DNA of 64,000 nt from Octopus vulgaris (taxonomy: Eukaryota), in NCBI GenBank assembly GCA_951406725.2, contig OX597821.1, positions 76,570,001 to 76,634,000 on the forward strand, written 5' to 3'. Every line of letters begins with the position of its first letter. Position 1 is the first letter of the stretch. The notes beneath the pieces are model-generated. The model saw only the letters and a program-made list of their open reading frames with translations, made no database searches and was not told the DNA's origin. The translations under genes and the position numbers were made by a program. This document shows positions 53,199 to 64,000 of the stretch, piece by piece.

Positions 53199-53672
53199 AT
53201 GCATATGTATGACTGTATGTATTGAGTGAGAGAGAGAGGGGGAGAGAGAGGAGGGCAGTGGAGTACGGGAGAAGGGATGAATAATGATTAAAGAAGGAGA
53301 GGAATTGGTTAAGACGGGAATGGATGAGGGAAGGGGGTTGGTGGGGCTTGAGGTGGAAGAGAGCTTGAAGAGAGATTGGGGTGAAAATAGGAAAATAGAT
53401 GTTCAGGAAAGAAAAGGGGTTTTGAGAGAAAAAGAAAGAGAGAGAGGGGGGCAAGATTAGGGGTTGAATGAAAGAAAGGGAGAGATAGAGAATAGGGAGA
53501 GTGGGCAGAGGAGAGCGAAAGATTAAGAGGAATAGACATGTAATGGGAGTAGAAAGGGAAGTTCATAGAAAAGAAAAAGACGAAGAAATAAATGAATGAG
53601 AAAAACAGAGTAGGAGTAAGAGATTGAGAAAGGGAGAGGTGAGAGTAGAAAAAAATAGACAGAAAGAGGGAG

Positions 53673-53715
<43 letters not shown>

Positions 53716-54272
53716 AAAAGAGAGTGTGAGAGAGAGAGAAAGAGAGAGTGATAGAGAGAGAGAGAAAGAGTGAGAGAGAACATAGAGAGAGTGAGAAGGG
53801 TGAGTGGCAGACATGTAGAAAGTACAGAAACCTGAGAGAGAGAGAGAGAGAAAGAGAGGGGGAGAAAGAGAGAGAGAGAGGGGGGAAGAAAGAGAGGAGA
53901 ATATAGGAAATGATTGAAAGAAGAGGTGGAGATAAAGGGAAGTAGATCTGATGAGAGAGGGGTTAATAAAGAAAAAGAAGAAACGGTTGGAGGATAAAGT
54001 AAGACATCAAGGTATGAAAAGAAAGAGACAGAAAAGAAGAAGAAAGATTAAATAGGAGAGAGAAGGGGAGAGAAATTATACGGTGATAGTCAGAGCGTAA
54101 ACGGGAACAGAGAGAGGGTGGAAGGAAAGAGAGGGAGAGAGAAGGAAAGAGACAGAGAGAGAGAGAAGCTGTGAAGGAAGCAGAAAAAGAAAGACAGATA
54201 TCGTTTCAGGAAGTCATACAGAGAAAAAGTAAAAGTTTAAGAAAGGGATGGGAAAACAGAGACACAGTGTAT

Positions 54273-54324
<52 letters not shown>

Positions 54325-54427
54325 TGTGTGTGTGTTGAAATAGGGTGAGCAGAAGAGCGTTGATGGCGATGGGTATGACTGAAAAAGTGGAATAAAGAAA
54401 GAGTGAAAGAAGTAACAAGGATATGAA

Positions 54428-54476
<49 letters not shown>

Positions 54477-54600
54477 TAAAGGGAGATAAGGAGAGAGAAG
54501 GGGAGAAAGACGTAGGAAGATAAAAAAAAATGAGAAGGAGGAAGAGGGAATACGTGCAATTGAAAGAGAAGAATAAAAGGAGAAAATAAGGAAGAATGAG
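53030..54600. repeat. (TATG)n followed by GA-rich low-complexity DNA
   Basis: Direct inspection. Confidence 0.9.
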
Positions 54601-56506
54601 TGCAGAATACTAAAACAACTTGTGTAAACTGGAGTGTTAAGGAGTTAACGATGAATTTCGTCTTTCTTTAGTTTCTTCGATATCATTGTTAGATGAAGCA
54701 GCTGTAGACAGCACGTTTATCATACACCAGCTTATTGTCTGGGCATCCTCTACGTGGTCGCTGAACCTGTTGGAACTAGCAGCCAAATCTATCTTCAAAT
54801 CGCACCTTACCGTCTTGTTTGAGAAAAAGAAATAAGGGGTTCACTGGGTAATGTGAACCTAAACTAAACACATTAAATCGGATGAAGTCTCAGATAAGTA
54901 CCTCCAAAACATTTCGGATTTTGGTCATTGCTCTGCAAGAACAACGACAACAGCACAATAGCGAGTGAATTTATTGGATAAAAATCTTCCTGAATTTAAG
55001 GTCAGAGGTGATGGTCTACTGTGGACAATAATGAATCCAGATGGGATTTTGAGGAAATAGGAAGCTAACGTTTCGGACTGCGGCACTTCATCTGCGTCAG
55101 AGAATTACTTGGAAGTTTAATACGGCATTTTTTGTTGTTTTCTGAATAAGACAACAGTGAAATATGAATGAAAAAAAATCTTCATAGTCTCTCGACTTGC
55201 ATGAAACAACAGCTAAATTTCCCTTCAAATCATGCAGTAATTGTTCTTAAGGAAGAATATATTACATAAAGAAGTCTTAGATTTAGTACGTCCGAGGTTA
55301 AAAACTGGTTGGTCACGATTGGAACGCTTTTGTTCATTGGGATTCTTGTTAAAAACTGGCCCGGAGATAAATAATTATTACTACTTTTATGACCCATCCA
55401 AAAAGTTTCCTCAGTGCAACGTGATTGGCTAGAAATAGAAGCCAGGTCTCCTTTCAATTGCACATTTTTTCTTTTATTTTTAAGTGATCATACTGAACAC
55501 CATCAATCGATTCACAGAAAGTATAAATACATCAATCGATTCACAGAAAGTATAAATACATAAATACGTGAGAAATTATGAAGAACTTTTCAGAAGAACT
55601 TTAAGAACCAATATAACTTATTGATGAAATCATACTGAATTATATGAAGGAGAAAAAAAAACCTTATTGTCTAATTCCTGCATTCAAAAAAATTTTTGGT
55701 TAAACGAAGAGGTAACTTTAATCTATTTCGGTTATACTTTGCTAAATATTTATTTTCAGTCGAAAACTCTCAAAATATACAAAGACGAGTATTCACTAGC
55801 AACATGAGTTGAGTTATAAAACTGAAAACTATAGAAAATATTATTTTTTCTCTTTTTATTTCAAATATGAATTCGTCCTTAGTTCAAAATGGACATACGT
55901 CTGCATTTACGAATAGAAAATAAAACCAAGATGCAGCAACGAAAATTAGGGATATTAATAGTTTTTGCTTTGATATTTTGGGACTTTCTTTTTTCGTCAT
56001 CAAAAGTAATTTATTTTGGATTTGCTTCCCTTCAATAGTGTCAGCAACCATTTTACTATCAACATGATCATCTATCACGTTTTTTGCTAGTAAAAAGGTT
56101 TAAAGAAAAACTGGTTTAAGAATTCAACGAGAAAATCTTCATAGTTTCGTACCAACTGTAAATAAAATTTGGTGCTCTGATAATGATGAAACTATTTTGA
56201 AAATAAGCATCCATTCTAATACCACTGTCCAAATGAAATGAAATACCAGTTTAGTGAACTTTCATGGCTTTATTAACAACTGTCAAATTCCTTTTACACC
56301 AAAAGACTTATTCAAATTCTTGAAATAATTTATACTTCGAAATAGTTGACAGCCACCAACAATTATTTACAAAATACAAATACATTGATAAAAAAAATCA
56401 GATGCTCAATGTAACTAGGACGAAATTTTGGTAAACGAATGTTCGGGTGAGTATTCTTACTTTCATTCTTTTATACTACTTCCAAAATATCAATGAGAAA
56501 TTGTAA

Positions 56507-56559
<53 letters not shown>

Positions 56560-57985
56560 GTTATTTCCTTCTTTCTTCAAATTTTCTTCCGTTTCTCGCC
56601 GAGTGTTTTCCATACATCTAGGGCAGAGAAGGGCTTTGTATGCATTCCCAGATTACACGCGCAAATTCACAGATAAAATATGTATTTGAAAATTAATAAA
56701 TAAATAAATTCATGGATGGATGTTATTTTCACAGCGATAGTACTCTTCTCAGTACATGAGCCGTTCCAGTTAATACGATTTTTTGCACTTCCTGTAGGGA
56801 TGGTAAGCCTGGAATCATTTTCAAATAGGTTTCAGTACCTTTTTTATCATTCCTAGAGATCCTACAATCACTGGTATTGTAGTCGCCTTGAGAAGCCACA
56901 TTTTTTCAGTTTCCATTAGCAGGTCTTTATATTTACTAATCTTGTCAAATTCTTTCGCCGCTATATTGTGATCACAGGGAATACTCATGTCAATTAATAA
57001 ACACATCTTTTTTGTCTGATCTTTTATAATGATATCCGGTTTATTAGATTTTATAGTTTTGTCGGTCTCCCATAGAATCGACATATTTTCTCCCTCAGTC
57101 ACAGCTTCAAGATGATGTTTATACCATTTGTCATCGGTTTTGATTTTATAATGCCGACATATTGTCCAGTGTAAATACTGGCCGACTCTGTCATGTCTTG
57201 CTTTAAATTCTGCAGGTGCTAAGACTCTACACCCTGAGATTAGGTGGTCTATTGTTTCAATCTCATCGTTACAGAATCAGCATTTTGGATCAGCTCCATT
57301 TTTCATCACATTGGCTTGGTAGTTCCGGGTAAATAAGCTTTGGTCTTGAGCAGCTAATATGAAACCTTCACTCTCTGCTTTTAGCCCTGAACTTCGTAAC
57401 CATTGGTGCGTGTGTTTCTGGTCGACATCAGCTTGTTTGCTACGGGCCACATACTTGCCATGGAGAGGTTTCTGCTCCCATCTGCTACCTAAATTTTCAT
57501 GTTTTGTCTTTGCAATTAATTTTATTTTCTTTGCAGCTGCAGTTGGCGCATTTCCTTCAGCCTGCTCAATCAGGTGGGTATCTAAGAGATCAGCAGCGAA
57601 TTTTTTGCTCTCTTTGAGAATAGTGAGGTTTTTTAGGTCTTTCATGTTTTTCAACAAGTTTTAGCATCCAATCGTTGGTTGCTTCAAGGTATTTGGCCAG
57701 TCCGATTGTGGTGGTTTTGTATGTAAGTTCAAGCTGGATCAAACCTCGACCTCCCTGAGCTCTGGGAAGGTAAAGGCGATCCACGTCTGCCTTTGGATGG
57801 TGCATCTTATTACAAGTCAGTAGCTTGCGGATTTTCCTGTCAATTTTCATTATGTCACTAGTATTCCAGTTAAGCACATTGAAGCTATAAAGAACAACTG
57901 GTACTGCTAAGGAATTTATGGCTAAAACCTTATTATATGCATTCAGCTCAGACTTCAGGACTGCTCGAACTCTTCTATAACATTC
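56560..57985 (-). mobile_element. 5'-truncated R4/Dong-like retrotransposon in a (TAA)n microsatellite
   Basis: HHPKADVDRLYLPRAQGGRGL, LHGKY, ESEGFILAAQDQ, knuckle remnant, RHD, NKPDIII...LIDMSIP...K; TAA tracts on both sides. Confidence 0.88.
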
Positions 57986-58145
57986 TTATTATTATTATGT
58001 CAGTGTGCATATTTATATATATATAAATATATGGGCAGAAGAAAAATTCTAATGCCAGATATGCCGAAACAAAAAATTGTCGATAACCATTAAGTTTATG
58101 CGTCTCGAAACAAACCGATAGAAATCTCTAAAAAATTCGTTATTA

Positions 58146-58200
58146 CCGTATTGGTCCAATTTCGGGGTTAATTCACAAGAAATTTTCCCCTCTTCAGCGG
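58146..58200 (-). ncRNA. Type I hammerhead ribozyme in a direct repeat (58033-58197 / 58497-58661)
   Basis: CCG-CUGAAGA-GGGG...CCCC-GAAA-UUGGACCAA-UA-CGG; second copy truncated in the core. Confidence 0.8.
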
Positions 58201-58661
58201 CAAATACGCGAGATATAAATGAAATACTTACTCATACCCATGGAAGAAGCAAGCACCAAGTCCCGAGCAAACTTAAGTACCCCAAATATATCCAAAATAG
58301 AAAAATCTTCGGCGCACCTCGAGACACGTGTGATTCGAACTAGAAACTTCCACAGAGTAATAGAATCCGGAAGTTAACACTAATCTATTTATAATTGATA
58401 TAGGATAAAATTTTTTTCGGGAAAAATTTTTTATCAATGGCCAGCATATCAAAAAATGCCTTTAAAGGTAAAATTTATACATAATTTACGAGATAAGGGC
58501 AGAAGAAAAATCCTAATGCCAGATACGCCGAAACAAAAAAATTGCCGATAACCATTAAATTTATGCGTCTCGAAACAAACCGATAGAAATCTCTAAAAAA
58601 TTCATTATTACCGTATTGGTCCAATTTCGGGGTTAATTCACAAGAAATTTTCCCCTCTTCA

Positions 58662-59432
58662 ACTCTTTCAATCCTTACTTCGTTTTTATCAGCCCTAGGC
58701 TGGTCTATAATTATTTCCTCTGTATTATCTTCTTTAGCTGCAGCTTCGTTTATTTTATCCGTTACTGCTTGTCTAATTTGATCAATCTCTACTTCAGTCA
58801 GTATTTTTTTTTATAATGTTTCTTCTGACGTTGGCAAGTTTGTTACTGTTCATGTAGGGTCTTGCTTCAGTGTGTTTCTGTCTCCAGTTTAAGTATGTTT
58901 GTACAGTGTTAGATTTATCTGTGGGGAAATACATGGCATGGTAGAAGGCCGCAAGAACTTCTTTATTATCTTCCTTAGACCATTTTTCCTTCTTTTTCTT
59001 TTGATTATTTGGTGACGGGCATGGATGGCCATCTGTTGGAATATTCCGGTTGTGGGGTACGTCCAGCTCCTGTGTGTCGGGAAGATTTGATCCAGTAGCT
59101 GATTTTTCAATCAGAATTTGGTTCAATTTTCGGGTACGTGGTCTTTTGTAATCCGCTCGATGACCATTGCGGTTTGTAATTTGTTTTGTTGACATTAAAG
59201 CATGGCGAGCTTCGACTCTTACATTAGGAGACGGATCTGTCAGTTTAGGGTACTTTGCATGTAAACATTGTTCGTAGCGCCGCTTCTTAAGGCTAGCAGA
59301 TCTGTATTCGTCTATGTTTTTTGTTGATAGATTTATCTGCGAAAATTTTTTTTTTAAAACTTATGAAAGGTTCACTCTGCCTGTGTTAGTTCGAAAAAAC
59401 GAGAATAAAGTACGGAAAAAAAGGATCTGTCG
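58662..59432 (-). mobile_element. 5' end of an R4/Dong-like element
   Basis: KWSKEDNKEVL..FY...W...KLANVRRNIIKK resembles the R4/Dong N-terminus; abuts (TAA)n at 59433. Confidence 0.6.
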
Positions 59433-59482
<50 letters not shown>

Positions 59483-59798
59483 CACCATCACCATCATCAT
59501 CATCATCAATGATATTGTTTTATGTGTAGTCACAGCAGTAGCTTATTATTATTATTTTTATCATTATCACCATCACCACCACTACTACCATTGTTTGAGG
59601 GAATAGTTGGTCAGGATTTGGTAAAGAGGTCATGTTCTATAGGTCTATAAATAGATTCAGCAGATGGTGGAGAGGTCAGCCAAAGAGACAAAGGACATTT
59701 TAGGTCAGGAGAGGTCAAACCTGTTTACTAGTACCAGCGCTGCCTTGAGAAGCAATTCAGCTTGTTATATTTGTAATTAATGGTAGGAAGAGAAAAAA

Positions 59799-59845
<47 letters not shown>

Positions 59846-59884
59846 TAGCAGTATCGCCCGGCGTTGCTCGGGTTTGTAAGGGAA

Positions 59885-62231
59885 GATCTCTTTCGGCACC
59901 ATCTTTGATCTTTTTCGGCACACACTTTGATCTCTGTCGACACCCCCTTTGATATCTGTCGACACCCCTCTTTGATCTCTGTCGGCACCCCCTTTGATCT
60001 CTGTCGGCACCCCTCTTTGATCTCTGTCGGCACCCCTCTTTGATCTATGTCGGCATCCACTTTGATCTCTTTCGGTACCTCCTTTGATCTCTGTCGGCAC
60101 CCCTCTTTGATCCCTTTCGGCAACCCTTTGGTCTCTCTCGGCACCCCTCTTTGATCTCTGTCGGCACCCCTCTTTGATCTCTGTCGGAACCCCCTTTGAT
60201 CTCTGTCGGCACCCTCTTTGATCTCTGTCGGCACTCCCTTTGATCTCTGTCGGCACCCCATTGATCTTTGTCGGCACCCTCTTTGATCCTTGTCGGCACC
60301 CTTCTTTGATCTCTATCGGCACCCCTCTTTGATATCTTTCGGCACCCCTCTTTGATCTCTGTCGACACCCCATTTGATCTCTGTCGGCACCCCCTTTGAT
60401 CTCTGTGCATCCCTCTTTGATCTCTGTCGACACCCCCTTTGATCTCTGTCGGCACCCTTTTTGATCTCTGTCGGCACCCTTTTTGATCTCTGTCGGCACC
60501 CCTCTTTGATCTCTGTCGGCACTCTCTTTGGTCTCTGTTGGCACCCCCTTTGGTGTCTGTCGGCACCCCTCTTTGATCTCTGTCGGCACCCCTCTTTGAT
60601 CTCTGTCGGCACCTCTCTTTGATTTCTGTCGGCACCCCCATTGATCTCTGTCGATACCCTCTTTGATCTCTGTCGGCACCCTCTTTTATCTCTGTCGATA
60701 CCCCTCTTTGATCTCTTTCGGCACCCTCTTTGATCTCTGTCGGCACCTCTCTTTGATTTCTGTCGGCACCCCCATTGATCTCTGTCGGTACCCTCTTTGA
60801 TCTCTGTCGGCACCCTCTTTGATCTCTGTCGGCACCCTCTTTGATCTCTGTCGGCACCCCTTTGATCTCTGTCAGCACCCCTTTGATCTCTGTGCATCCC
60901 CTTTGATCTCTGTCGGCACCTCTCTTTGATCTCTGTCGGCACCCCTCTTTGATCTCTGTCGGCACCCCTCTTTGATCTCTGTCGGCACCCCCTTTGATCT
61001 CTGTCAGCACCCCTTTGATCTCTGTGCATCCTCTTTGATCTCTGTCGGCACCCCATTTGATCTCTGTCGGCACCCCTCTTTGATCTCTGTCGGCACCCCT
61101 CTTTGATCTCTGTCGGCACCCCTCTTTGATCTCTGTCGGCAACTTCTTTGATTCCTGTCGGCACCCCTCTTTGATTCCTGTCGGTACCCCTCTTTGATCT
61201 CTGTCGGTACCCCTCTTTGATCTCTGTCGGCACACTCTTTGATTGCTGTCGGCACCCCTCTTTGATCTCTGTCGGCACCCCTTTGATCTCTGTCGGCACT
61301 CCCTTTGATCTCTGTGCATCCCTCCTTGATCTCTGTCGGCACCCCTCTTTGATCTCTGTCGGCACCCCTCTTTGATCTCTGTCGGCATCCCTTTGATCTC
61401 TGTCGGCACCCCTCTTTGATCTCTGTCGGCACCCCCTTTGATCTCTGTCGGCACCCCTCTTTGATCTCTGTCGGCACCCCTCTTTGATCTCTGTCGGCAC
61501 CTTCTTTGATTCCTGTCGGCACCCCTCTTTGATCTCTGTCGGTACCCCTCTTTGATCTCTGTCGGCACCCTCTTTGATCTCTGTCGGCACCCCTCTTTGA
61601 TCTCTGTCGGCACCCCCTTTGATCTCTGTCGGCACTCCCTTTGATCTCTGTGCATCCCTCTTTGATCTCTGTCGGCACCCCTCTTTGATCTCTGTCGGCA
61701 CCCCTCTTTGATCTCTGTCGGCACCCCTTTGATCTCTGTCGGCACCCCTCTTTGATCTCTGTCGGCACCCCCTTTGATCTCTGTCGGCACCCCTCTTTGA
61801 TCTATGTCGGCACCCCTCTTTGATCTCTGTCGGCACCCTCTTTGGTCTCTGTCGGCACCCCCTTTGATCTCTGTCGGCACCCCTTTGCTCTCTGTCGGCA
61901 CCTCTCTTTGATTTCTGTCGGCACCCCAATTGATCTCTGTCGGCACCCTCTTTGATCTCTGTCGGCATCCCTCTTTGATCTCTGTCGGCACCCCTTTTTG
62001 ATCTCTGTCGGTACCCCTCTTTGATCTCTGTCGGCACCCTCTTTTGTCTCCGTAGGTACCCGTCTTTGATATCTGTCGGCACCCCCTTTGATCTCTGTCG
62101 GTACCCCTCTTTGATCTTAGTCGGCACCCTCTTTTATCTCTGTCAATACCCCTCTTTGATCTGTCGGTACCCTCTTTGATCTCTGTCGGCATCCCTCTTT
62201 GATCTCTGTCGGCACCCCTCTTTGATCTCTG
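59885..62231. repeat. Minisatellite, 21-23 bp unit TTTGATCTCTGTCGGCACCCCTC, roughly 100 copies
   Basis: Direct inspection. Confidence 0.97.
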
Positions 62232-62398
62232 AGGCCTTGAATGGTGTAAAGTAATCTTGTTATCAGATCTGACGTTCATCAAAACATATATTAATGAAAT
62301 ATTATAACCTAAGCAATTACCGTAAATACATTTACCGTAAATACATTTATTTATGCACATACACACTGCGAAATTGGGAAAGAATATATATATATAAT

Positions 62399-62790
62399 GG
62401 CGCAGGAGTGGCTGTGTGGTAAGTAGCTTGCTAACCAACCACATGGTTCGGGGTTCAGTCCCACTGCGTGACATCTTGGGCAAGTGTCTTCTACTATAGC
62501 CCCGGGCCGACCAATGACTTGTGAGTGGATTTGGTAGACGGAAATTGAAAGAAGCCTGTCGTATATATGTATGCGTATATATGTATATGTGTGTGTTTGT
62601 GTGTCTGTGTTTGTCCCCCTAGCATTGCTTGACAACCGATGCTAGTGTGGTTACGTCCCCGTTACTTAGCGGTTCGGCAAAAGAGACCGATAGAATAAGT
62701 ACTGGGCTTACAAAAGAATAAGTCCCGGGGTCGAGTTGCTCGACTAAAGGCGGTGCTCCAGCATGGCCGCAGTCAAATGACTGAAACAAG
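62399..62790 (+). mobile_element. SINE family A (full length)
   Basis: GGCGCAGGAGTGGCTGTGTGG head through the GACTGAAACAAG tail. Confidence 0.92.
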
Positions 62791-63149
62791 AAGAAGAAGA
62801 ATGTAAGCATTTTCAGAGATTTATAGCCAAAAAATAACAAAAAAATGCATTAAAATTGGAAAAAAAATTATCGTAAATTTTTTAAAAATTGTTGACTCAT
62901 CGTAGACATTTTTAGAGAGTTAGTTCCCTTATATAATAGCGAAAAAAATGCATTAAAATGGAAAAACATGATGGTAATTTTTTTTAAAATCGTAGACTCA
63001 TCGTAGACGCGCGCTAATACCCGGAAGGGCTCGATATGAATCACGACTATAAGATACCCGCTTTTGGTTACACTGCACCGCAAAATGTGGGAGTAGTTAG
63101 GAATCTAAATCGTAGGAGACAGACACACAACTTCACTTTTATATATAAA

Positions 63150-63512
63150 CTAGCAGTATCGCCCGGCGTTGCTCAGGTTTGTAAGGGAAATAACTATAAA
63201 GCATTTTTAGAGAGTTATAGCCAAAAAATAACAAAAAAATGGAAAAAAATTATGGTAAGTTTTTTTTTAGTTAAAAAAGGTGGAGTTGCGTCCCCTAGAC
63301 AGTTTGCGGTTTGTGTTTCTGATTCTCGACCCCATGTCGAATTTATCGATTTTTTTCAGAACTGGGGGAACTTTTCAAAATTTTCGCTGCGTTAGTTTTG
63401 AATTATGACATTGGGCTGTGTGTGTCAAGTTTCATCAGAATCGGTTGAAAGCCGTGGTCAGGGTGAGGGTACAAGCAAACAGACACACAGAAACACGCAC
63501 AGACAAACTGCC

Positions 63513-63545
<33 letters not shown>
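63150..63545 (-). mobile_element. Short non-autonomous Helitron, head-to-tail with the previous one
   Basis: Near-identical 3' hairpin + CTAG at 63150; TC(TA)n 5' end at 63545. Confidence 0.75.
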
Positions 63546-63549
<4 letters not shown>

Positions 63550-64000
63550 TTAAAATTACTAAGTCTCTATATATCATCCTCCTTTTTATTCTAAGAACAC
63601 AATCATTTCTCTCTGTGCAGTCATACAAAAGACCATATTTAGTAAATCTTAGAACTTTACTAGCCACAACTTGTTTTCTTTTCTTTTTGACTCTCCCTGA
63701 ACATTCGAAAAAGTAAACATTCTTCTTCCCATTGCAAAAGTCTTATTGTATTTTCCAAATGGACAGACAAACGAACATATACCCACACACATATGTATAT
63801 GTATACTCACACACATATATTATCTGATATTCACGTCGATGATTTTTTTAAATTTCTGACTTCAATTGTGTTGTTGCAATAAAAGTTGTGTTTACGTATT
63901 TGGGTAATATATCAAAGTTTTTAAGTATTCTTGAGATGTTCGTTTGTCTGTCCATTTGGAAAATACAATAAGACTTTTGCAATGGGAAGAAGAATGTTTA

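Larger units (their letters stand above)
59845..63149 (-). mobile_element. Non-autonomous Helitron containing a minisatellite and a SINE
   Basis: 3' hairpin CCGAGCAACGCCGGG + CTAG|T at 59845; 5' T(T)TATATATAAAA at 63149. Confidence 0.7.

Noticed and set aside
55063-55100. Hammerhead-like CAGATGA...GAAACGTT on the minus strand
   Set aside because: Core mutated and stems pair poorly
55501-55560. 29-bp tandem duplication
   Set aside because: Ordinary slippage-type duplication with no other structure
55884-56300. Possible decayed transposase or missing SULT 3' exon
   Set aside because: No diagnostic motif found in the frames I checked
59885-62231. CRISPR-like regular repeats
   Set aside because: No unique spacers, no cas genes, eukaryotic context
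62399-62470. tRNA-like sequence with A and B boxes
   Set aside because: It is a SINE head continuing into the SINE body, not a tRNA gene
59777-62483. Long ORFs (up to 812 aa) on the minus strand
   Set aside because: They are translations of a stop-poor minisatellite that is open in all three frames; not genes

Overview
AT-rich, microsatellite-dense animal DNA. An octopod cephalopod is my inference from the tRNA-derived SINE families and repeat content. The only host gene is three exons of a cytosolic sulfotransferase at 2.3-6.0 kb, which looks pseudogenised; almost everything else is nested mobile DNA. This comprises a head-to-tail stack of Tx1/L1-type LINEs, ORF1-only Tx1 derivatives, two SINE families, Penelope (RT + GIY-YIG) remnants, R4/Dong, CRE, RTE and L2/CR1 fragments, mariner and DD41D transposons, MITEs, and Helitrons (one carrying a 2.3-kb minisatellite). 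Two systems stand out. (1) A Tx1 consortium: near-autonomous LINEs, 'half-Tx1' elements encoding only a zinc-knuckle ORF1, and a SINE all share one 3' tail, and the LINEs stack at each other's 5' ends. (2) About eight unrelated type I hammerhead ribozyme families, mostly with palindromic stem III, in Penelope ends and short elements embedded in (TA)n. All calls were made by eye; element boundaries are approximate and family names rest on motif recall, not database searches.
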